Below are positions 18,283 through 24,910 of a stretch of DNA of 32,000 bases, piece after piece. The notes under the pieces are model-generated. The model was not told the DNA's origin. It was given only the letters and a program-made list of their open reading frames with translations, and did no database searches. The translations under genes were made by a program, and so were the position numbers. The number at the start of each line of letters is the position of its first letter. The stretch's first letter is position 1. Origin of the DNA: Promethearchaeota archaeon (GTDB lineage Archaea > Asgardarchaeota > Lokiarchaeia > Sigyniarchaeales > SOKP01); NCBI GenBank assembly GCA_030606485.1, contig JAUWGH010000001.1:840001-872000 (forward strand), written 5' to 3'.

Positions 18283-19589
18283 TCAAGAAATCGAATTGAA
18301 TAGAAAAGAATAAGACAAATTATTAGAAAACCAATTGATAAATAAATTGCCTTTTTTACGAGTGTGGAGTATGGAACGGGTTTTTCCTCATATAACCCTA
18401 ATATTTTGAAAATTTGTACTACATCAATAAATCCAACAACATTCTCGGATTTTCGCTTTAACATGAAAGTTTTTGATTTATTAAAAAGTTCTAAGATCTC
18501 ATCTTTCGTTATTTGAGGTTTTGCTTCCTTTATTAAGGCAATTAATCCAGCGCAAACTGTCGCTGAAATTGAAGTCCCAGATATCTCATAAGTATCAATT
18601 CCTTTAACTGGAACCGTAATCTTCGAGCCGGGAAAATATACTTCTGGTTTATAATTATTCACATCAATTAAATCCTTTCCGCTGAAATAAGTGATTTTCC
18701 CTTCTTTAGATATTGCACCTACAGTTATAGCACTCTTTGAGGCTCCGGGACTCCCTATTGTATTAAATTCAGGCCCAAAATTACCTCCAGAGGTAACAAT
18801 AATGATGTTTAATTTATTAAATAAAATATCACAAGATTTGGATAAGATATCATTTTCATTAGATACTGGATTTAAAGTAGAACTACATATCAGAAGGATA
18901 TTGAATTTAAAATCATTTTCCAAGATATGATCAAATGCTTTTAAAAAATCAGAGAAATAAGCAACTCCCGCATTATTAAATATTTTAAAATCAATTATTT
19001 TGACATCGGGGCATAATCCAATATATCCTTCACCAAATTCACTTGATTTATTCTTTAAAATGTGTGTTAATAACGTTGCATGGAAATTTTCATCGGATGG
19101 TTCTTCGTTAGTGAAATTAATTTGATGAATTGAAGAATAATCAAGCGAAACGAAATTTTTACCTATTCCTGAATCTAAAAGTGCAATTGAAACATTTTTC
19201 CCGGTGAAAGGGAGCAAGGAATTTTTAAATCTCTTAATATTTAATAATTCAGAGACATTATTCATTGATTGATAAAGTCGTTGATTTTCTTCTATACATT
19301 CTATAAGCTCATCTTCCGATAAATCAAAAATCGTTTTCGGGTCAATTTCCATTAACAATGAGAGGACTATTTCAAAAGTTGATATAATTTCCAGATTTTT
19401 ATGATTCTTAATGAATTTTTTTCGATCAGAATCATTTTTAAAGGAGATTATTGTTTTAATTTTAGATTCTCTAGCTGATATCAACTGATCTAATGTACTT
19501 TTCCCAATTCTTTCTTCGATTTCCTTAGAAATTATTGGTTTGAGTTTTATTTTTTCAAGAAAAGAAGGATGTATTTTATCAACATTCAT
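18267..19589 (-). CDS. S8 subtilisin-like serine peptidase with I9-like prodomain and C-terminal TM anchor
   Basis: Triad: IALLDSGI (Asp), DENFHAT (His), ISGTSIS (Ser); oxyanion GGN; IGSPGASKSAITVGA. Hydrophobic C-terminus and no N-terminal signal peptide. Confidence 0.88.
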   Translation of the reverse strand: MNVDKIHPSFLEKIKLKPIISKEIEERIGKSTLDQLISARESKIKTIISFKNDSDRKKFIKNHKNLEIISTFEIVLSLLMEIDPKTIFDLSEDELIECIEENQRLYQSMNNVSELLNIKRFKNSLLPFTGKNVSIALLDSGIGKNFVSLDYSSIHQINFTNEEPSDENFHATLLTHILKNKSSEFGEGYIGLCPDVKIIDFKIFNNAGVAYFSDFLKAFDHILENDFKFNILLICSSTLNPVSNENDILSKSCDILFNKLNIIIVTSGGNFGPEFNTIGSPGASKSAITVGAISKEGKITYFSGKDLIDVNNYKPEVYFPGSKITVPVKGIDTYEISGTSISATVCAGLIALIKEAKPQITKDEILELFNKSKTFMLKRKSENVVGFIDVVQIFKILGLYEEKPVPYSTLVKKAIYLSIGFLIICLILFYSIRFLDFILI

Positions 19590-19609
19590 TTTTTAACATA
19601 CAGAAGGTC

Positions 19610-20425
19610 TTAAATTTTAAATTTGAGTTCTTTAATAATTTCTTCCACAGTATAATTACGATGCACTAATAGAGAGATTGCGTTTACCATTTTGGTTGGA
19701 TCCTCTGCTTGAAATACATTTCGACCCATTGCTACTCCAGATCCTCCAGCCTGAATGGATTCATATATCATATAAAATACATCAATTTCTGTATTCATTT
19801 TAGGTCCCCCTGCAATAATCACCGGAACTGGGCAACCTTTAACAATTTCATGAAATGAATCAATATCACCAGTATAATTTGTTTTCACAATATCCGCACC
19901 GAGTTCAGCACCTACTCTAACTGCAATATTTACCACTTCGGGGTTATGCTCATCTGTAATTTTCTTACCTCTTGAATACATCATAGCAAGTAAAGGCATA
20001 CCCCACTCTCTTGCACTCTCAATAGCTTTATGAGCGTCTTGAAGCATTTCAGGCTCATCATTTGCTCCAATATTAATATGGATTGATACACCATCAGCTC
20101 CCATTTTTATGGCTCTTTCTACACTACAAACTAACACCTTTCTATTTGGATCGGGAGATAAACTGGTACCTCCACTTAAATGAATTATAAGTCCAATATC
20201 TATTCCATATTGTCTATGTCCAGCACCAACCATACCAGTATGCTCAACAACTGCATTTGCCCCACCGATAGCGACACTATCAACCATAGCTGCCATATCT
20301 TCAAGACCTTTTATGGTTCCTTCAGACATTCCATGGTCCAGTGGGATAATAATAGTTCTTTTTGTTTTTCTATCAAAAATTCTTTCGAATCTAATTCGCT
20401 TACCTATATCCATAATTTTTTTCAA
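19610..20425 (-). CDS. aroA': 2-amino-3,7-dideoxy-D-threo-hept-6-ulosonate synthase (DhnA-type class I aldolase, MJ0400-like)
   Basis: [54 protein letters not shown] (Schiff-base Lys) and IAGGPK. TTG start at 20425, or ATG at 20413. Confidence 0.85.
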   Translation of the reverse strand: MKKIMDIGKRIRFERIFDRKTKRTIIIPLDHGMSEGTIKGLEDMAAMVDSVAIGGANAVVEHTGMVGAGHRQYGIDIGLIIHLSGGTSLSPDPNRKVLVCSVERAIKMGADGVSIHINIGANDEPEMLQDAHKAIESAREWGMPLLAMMYSRGKKITDEHNPEVVNIAVRVGAELGADIVKTNYTGDIDSFHEIVKGCPVPVIIAGGPKMNTEIDVFYMIYESIQAGGSGVAMGRNVFQAEDPTKMVNAISLLVHRNYTVEEIIKELKFKI

Positions 20426-20498
20426 ATTTTTATTTAAATAATGAAATTATTAGTATAAAAAATAATACATCTATGAATTTAAATGAAATTTATAATTT

Positions 20499-22061
20499 TT
20501 ACCATGGAACTCTTATATAAGTATTTCGCGGAATATTAGATTTATTAGGATAATCTAGATTATGATGAATCCCTCTACTTTCTTTACGAGAAATGGCACT
20601 AACGATAATTATCTTTGCAACTGTTGCCAAATTTCTCAGTTCCACCAGATCACTTGAAATTTTGAAATCCCAATAATATTGATTTATTTCATCCAAAAGC
20701 ACATTAATTCTTTTTTTAGCTCTCTGCAATCTTTTATCGGTTCTTACAATACCAACATAATTCCACATAAATCTTCTAATTTCGTCCCAATTTTGCGAAA
20801 TGACTACAGCTTCCGTCGAATCCACTGCATTTCCGGGTTCCCATTGAGGAAAACTCTCATTTTTTACAGAATTCACTTTATCCTTCAAAAATTCAGAACA
20901 ATTATGTGCAAAAGTTAAACTTTCTAAAATAGAATTACTTGCCAGCCGATTAGCTCCATGTAAACCAGTGTATGATACTTCTCCTATTGCGAACAAGTTT
21001 TTAATATCACTTTGTCCATTGAGGTCTACCTTTATACCTCCACAACAATAATGAGCTGCTGGAACTACTGGAATTGGATCTTTTGTTATATCAATATCAA
21101 ACTTTAAACATTGCTCATAAACTCCTGGAAAATGTTCTTTTATGAATTCCAGTTCTTTTACTGATGCAATATCTAAATATACACAATCATCACCAGATTT
21201 TTTTAATTCTGCGTCAATTGCTCTTGAAACAATATCTCTAGGTGCCAATTCTTTTAATTTATGATACCTTTCCATAAATGTTTTTCCACTTTTATTTTTT
21301 AATATTGCTCCTTCTCCTCTCAATGCTTCAGTTATCAAAAATGATTTTGCAAAGGGATGATATAAACAAGTTGGGTGAAATTGAACGAACTCCATATTGG
21401 CAATTGTGGCTCCGATTCGGTATGCCATTGCCACCCCATCACCAGAAGCAACATCAGGATTAGAAGTATATACATATATTTTTCCAACACCGCCAGTTGC
21501 TAAAATCGTAAACTTAGCAGAGATATTATAAATCTCATTATTCTTTTTGTCTAAAACATAAGCTCCTAAGCACACACGATCTATTCCAAATAAATTTATT
21601 ACAATATTGTGTTCTCTTATTTCAATGTTATCTAATTCTTTTACTTTAGAAATTAATGCATTTTGAACAGCTTTACCAGTTAAATCATTTACATGAAAAA
21701 TTCTGCGCCTTGAATGCCCACCTTCCTGACCTAGATCATAAAAGCCATTTTTTTTCTTTGTAAAATCAACCCCCCAATTAATCAATTCTTGCAATCTTTC
21801 GGGAGCTTGAGTTATTACATTTCTAACAACTGTTTTATCACATAAATCATCCCCAGCAATAATTGTATCATTTATATGAGACTCAAAACTATCATTTTTA
21901 TCCCAAACACATGCGATCCCTCCTTGAGCATACCAAGTGTTAGTTTCAAATATGCTTTCCTTTGATAATATTAAGACTGACCCAAATTTGGATAGTTTAA
22001 TTGCACTTCCTAAGCCAGAAACTCCTGTTCCTATGATTAAAAAGTCAGTTTTCGTATTCAA
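20499..22061 (-). CDS. nadB: L-aspartate oxidase
   Basis: GTGVSG, TWYAQGGIA, EGGHSRRRIFH, EFVQFHPT, LITEALRGEGA, ELAPRDIVSRAI, PVVPAAHYCCGG, GLHGANRLASNS, WEPGNA and RKESRG. TTG start with GAGGA. Confidence 0.96.
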   Translation of the reverse strand: MNTKTDFLIIGTGVSGLGSAIKLSKFGSVLILSKESIFETNTWYAQGGIACVWDKNDSFESHINDTIIAGDDLCDKTVVRNVITQAPERLQELINWGVDFTKKKNGFYDLGQEGGHSRRRIFHVNDLTGKAVQNALISKVKELDNIEIREHNIVINLFGIDRVCLGAYVLDKKNNEIYNISAKFTILATGGVGKIYVYTSNPDVASGDGVAMAYRIGATIANMEFVQFHPTCLYHPFAKSFLITEALRGEGAILKNKSGKTFMERYHKLKELAPRDIVSRAIDAELKKSGDDCVYLDIASVKELEFIKEHFPGVYEQCLKFDIDITKDPIPVVPAAHYCCGGIKVDLNGQSDIKNLFAIGEVSYTGLHGANRLASNSILESLTFAHNCSEFLKDKVNSVKNESFPQWEPGNAVDSTEAVVISQNWDEIRRFMWNYVGIVRTDKRLQRAKKRINVLLDEINQYYWDFKISSDLVELRNLATVAKIIIVSAISRKESRGIHHNLDYPNKSNIPRNTYIRVPW

Positions 22062-22283
22062 TGAATTTTCCTCAGTTCAATAAACAAAAGAAATTATACG
22101 ATTATTAAATACATCAATTTTTTCTAAAATAATATTTTAACTATATAATAATTATTCGAATTAAAAAAATTATGAGAAAAGACTTGCCAAATTTTTAAAT
22201 TAGAAAATATTTTTTATTTTTTAATCAAAGAAAACTTAAAAATTTTGAATCTTGTTATTTTAATATACGTTTTAAAACTATTT

Positions 22284-22288
22284 GGTGA
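22284..22288 (+). promoter_or_regulatory. Candidate Shine-Dalgarno site of the LMW phosphatase (GGTGA, 6 nt before ATA)
   Basis: tttGGTGActtttaATA; same spacing as the canonical starts in this window. Confidence 0.55.
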
Positions 22289-22294
22289 CTTTTA

Positions 22295-22792
22295 ATAAAA
22301 AAAATTAAAAAAGTGTTATTTTTATGTTATGGAAATTCTTGTAGGTCTCCTGCAGCAGAATATCTAGCAAAAGGTTTAGCAAAAAATAAATATGAAAAGG
22401 ATTTGTTTGATGTGGAATTTGTATCTGCTGGTCTTATTAATGTTTTTGGATATGCTCAGCCAGAAACAGTCAAATTTGCTAAATCTAGAGGAATAAATAT
22501 GTCAAACTTCATACCACAACTAATTGATTATTATCTTCTAGAATTAAATGATTTAATTTTAACTATGGAACAAATACAAGTGAATAAAATCCTTCAACAT
22601 TTTCCGAAAATTCCAAATCTAAAAGCGAAAGTTTTTACCCTAAAATCATTTGCAGGTGAAACTAAAGATGTTGATATCCCAGATCCTTATATGACAACTG
22701 ACGAATATTATAATAAGATATTAGAGGAAATTGAGAAATCCGTAGAATTGAGCATAAAAAGAATAATCGAATTAAATAAAAACCAAACTTGA
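22295..22792 (+). CDS. Low-molecular-weight protein-tyrosine phosphatase / arsenate reductase family
   Basis: P-loop VLFLCYGNSCRSPAAE, SAG, DLILTME and DIPDPY. Proposed ATA start at 22295 (GGTGA-N6); the track starts at GTG 22313, inside beta-strand 1. Confidence 0.9.
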   Translation: MKKIKKVLFLCYGNSCRSPAAEYLAKGLAKNKYEKDLFDVEFVSAGLINVFGYAQPETVKFAKSRGINMSNFIPQLIDYYLLELNDLILTMEQIQVNKILQHFPKIPNLKAKVFTLKSFAGETKDVDIPDPYMTTDEYYNKILEEIEKSVELSIKRIIELNKNQT

Positions 22793-22930
22793 ATTTCAAT
22801 TTTTTTGCGAAATTAAATTATCTCTTAATTTTTTCCGAATCATTTCAAAACTTTTAAATAGTTTCTTTATCCTTACTGTTTTGAATATTCTTTCAAGAAT
22901 ATCGTAAATTAAGAGTTTAAAGTGATTATT

Positions 22931-23701
22931 ATGGGATTAGAGATATGGATGGTTTTTTGGCCTATAATTATAGTTATTGCTGTAATTATTGGAATCTGGT
23001 TTTTAGCGGGGATTAAAGTAATATTGGAATATGAGCGGTTAGTTATATTTCGTTTAGGAAAATACAAACGAACTATTGGTCCAGGAGTAGTATATGTTTT
23101 ACCAATCGTTGAATCTTCACGAAAGGTTGATTTGAGGATTGTAACTCAAGATATTCCTAGGCAGGAAATTATTACAAGAGATAATATTCCAGTTTTAGCA
23201 AATACTGTTGTTTATTTTAAAGTGGAGAGACCAGAAGATGCGGTAATAAAGATTGAGAATTACACCTATGCTGTGCGGCAATACACACAGGCTGCTCTCA
23301 GAGATGTCGTTGGTACTATGGAATTAGATGGTGTATTAACAGAACGAGATAAGATTGCACATGATATTAGAGAGATTGTTGATTCGGAAACAAACGAGTG
23401 GGGAGTTGATATAAAAGCAATAAAAATCCAGGAAATTGAATTACCAGCTGAAATGAAACGAGCCATGGCTAAACAAGCAGAAGCTGAACGTGATAAACGT
23501 GCAGTAATTATTACTTCAGAAGGAGAACTTATGGCTGCAGAAAATCTACAAAAAGCAGCTGCGCTTATGGCATCTGAACCAGGAGCTCTACAGCTTAGGA
23601 CGTTACAAACTATTAGGGATATTGCTCAAGATCCATCCGAAAAAGTTGTTATTTTCATGCCAAGTGGTGTTGAAAAGTTAATCCGGAAATTTACAGATTG
23701 A
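22931..23701 (+). CDS. Stomatin-like SPFH/Band-7 (slipin) membrane protein
   Basis: N-terminal TM, EYERLVIFRLG, VDLR, QEIITRDN, ALRDVVG..ELD..L..R, AMAKQAEAER and ALQLRTLQT. The ATG at 22931 follows AAGTGA; GTG 22922 is the alternative. Confidence 0.95.
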   Translation: MGLEIWMVFWPIIIVIAVIIGIWFLAGIKVILEYERLVIFRLGKYKRTIGPGVVYVLPIVESSRKVDLRIVTQDIPRQEIITRDNIPVLANTVVYFKVERPEDAVIKIENYTYAVRQYTQAALRDVVGTMELDGVLTERDKIAHDIREIVDSETNEWGVDIKAIKIQEIELPAEMKRAMAKQAEAERDKRAVIITSEGELMAAENLQKAAALMASEPGALQLRTLQTIRDIAQDPSEKVVIFMPSGVEKLIRKFTD

Positions 23702-23714
23702 GGGGGATTTTTCA

Positions 23715-24392
23715 CTGAGCACACACCTAATTCCTAACCGTCGTTATATTCAAATAGCATTCAACCATACTACTCAAGAAGTGTGGAGAATAATACGACA
23801 AATACCTCGGGACCCAAGGATAATAATTGAAGCTGGTACTCCATATTGTAAATTAGAGGGAATGGAAGGTGTAAGATTAATTCGAAGATTTTGGAGAGGC
23901 ATGATTGTAGCGGATTTAAAAACAACAGATGGAGCTATAGCAGAAGTAGCATTTGCATATAGAGCGGGGGCAAACGCCGTAACTGCAGCGGGTAGTGCAC
24001 CAGTTGAAACACTTGACTTTTTTACTCAAATCTGTCAGAGATATCAAATTTATTCAATGATTGATATGTTAGGTGTTGATAATCCTCTTAGAAAAGTGAT
24101 GCGTCTAAAAACCAAGCCTGATTTTGTAGTAATTCATAAGGGTAGGGATGAAGAAAGCAATCCCAGAAGCATAATTCGATATAAAGATATTAATAAAGTT
24201 AGATCAAAATTCGATGTATTCATTAGTGTTGCAGGGGGGTTGAAACCTGATAATGTACGAACCGCATACTTTAATGGTGCAGACGTAGCGATTTTAAATA
24301 TAATTAGATCTGGTGAACCAAACGCTGGAATCTATGAAAATGCTAATTTTAGAATTTTAATTCCGAAATTGTTGGATGAAATTGGAAAGTAA
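23715..24392 (+). CDS. 3-hexulose-6-phosphate synthase-like protein (HUMPS/OMPDC barrel), divergent
   Basis: IEAGTP..K.EG, VADLKTTDG, GANAVT, MIDMLG, IHKGRDEE and VAGGL. The frame is open upstream of track start 23781 and includes strand 1 (YIQIAFN); CTG at 23715 is proposed as the start. Confidence 0.8.
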   Translation: MSTHLIPNRRYIQIAFNHTTQEVWRIIRQIPRDPRIIIEAGTPYCKLEGMEGVRLIRRFWRGMIVADLKTTDGAIAEVAFAYRAGANAVTAAGSAPVETLDFFTQICQRYQIYSMIDMLGVDNPLRKVMRLKTKPDFVVIHKGRDEESNPRSIIRYKDINKVRSKFDVFISVAGGLKPDNVRTAYFNGADVAILNIIRSGEPNAGIYENANFRILIPKLLDEIGK

Positions 24393-24532
24393 TCTTAATT
24401 AAAATTAATTTTTCTCTTTTTTTTTATATTTATTTCAAAGATAGATTAAGTTAAACTTATATATTCACTTCAATATTATTAATTCCAATTAAGGAATTTG
24501 AACTGATCCAAAATTTATAATTTAAAACATAA

Positions 24533-24706
24533 ATGAGTGGGCAAATTTCTCAAGAAAACGTCTTGAGAGAAAAATATGTTAAAAAATTGACAGACCAAGA
24601 GAACAAATTCGAAAAAATATCTTCTGAGATAAAAACAATAGATAAAGATCTTGAAGGTTTAAATGATAACATTTCAAAAAAAATGGATAAACTTAGAGTT
24701 AGTTAA
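24533..24706 (+). CDS. Small coiled-coil protein (57 aa), below the ORF-track cutoff
   Basis: ATG...TAA: MSGQISQENVLREKYVKKLTDQENKFEKISSEIKTIDKDLEGLNDNISKKMDKLRVS, with a perfect heptad L19-F26-I33-L40-I47-L54. Confidence 0.6.
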   Translation: MSGQISQENVLREKYVKKLTDQENKFEKISSEIKTIDKDLEGLNDNISKKMDKLRVS

Positions 24707-24898
24707 AAACCGAGAAAAATTTCATAAAAAATATCCTTTTTCTTAATTTTTTCCTTTTAGAAAATTCTTTGAAATTAGATGAATGATAAAATACTTTAAA
24801 AATTAAAGAAATCTCTTTATAAAATTTTTATACTATTGGTTTATAATATATCTTCATAGCAATTTTTTGCAAAAAAAAATTAATTATTATTATTATTT

Positions 24899-24904
24899 GG
24901 GTGA
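24899..24904 (+). promoter_or_regulatory. Candidate Shine-Dalgarno site of acxA (GGGTGA, 6 nt before ATA)
   Basis: The only G-rich island in a very AT-rich leader, with the same spacing as the acxB and acxC SDs. Confidence 0.6.
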
Positions 24905-24910
24905 ACAAAA

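Noticed and set aside
24533-24706. SNARE-motif call for the coiled-coil miniprotein
   Set aside because: The polar core residue (Q22) is not central and there is no TM anchor. Heptad periodicity alone is not diagnostic.
24881-24897. (TTA)n microsatellite and other poly-A/T tracts in intergenic regions
   Set aside because: Expected by chance in DNA this AT-rich, and there is no evidence of phase variation.
24881-24904. Selenocysteine (UGA) read-through into acxA, since Lokiarchaeia are reported to encode Sec
   Set aside because: Upstream of the TGA the frame reads TAA TTA TTA TTA TTA TTT GGG with no start. The TGA is simply part of the SD, and no SECIS-like hairpin was apparent.
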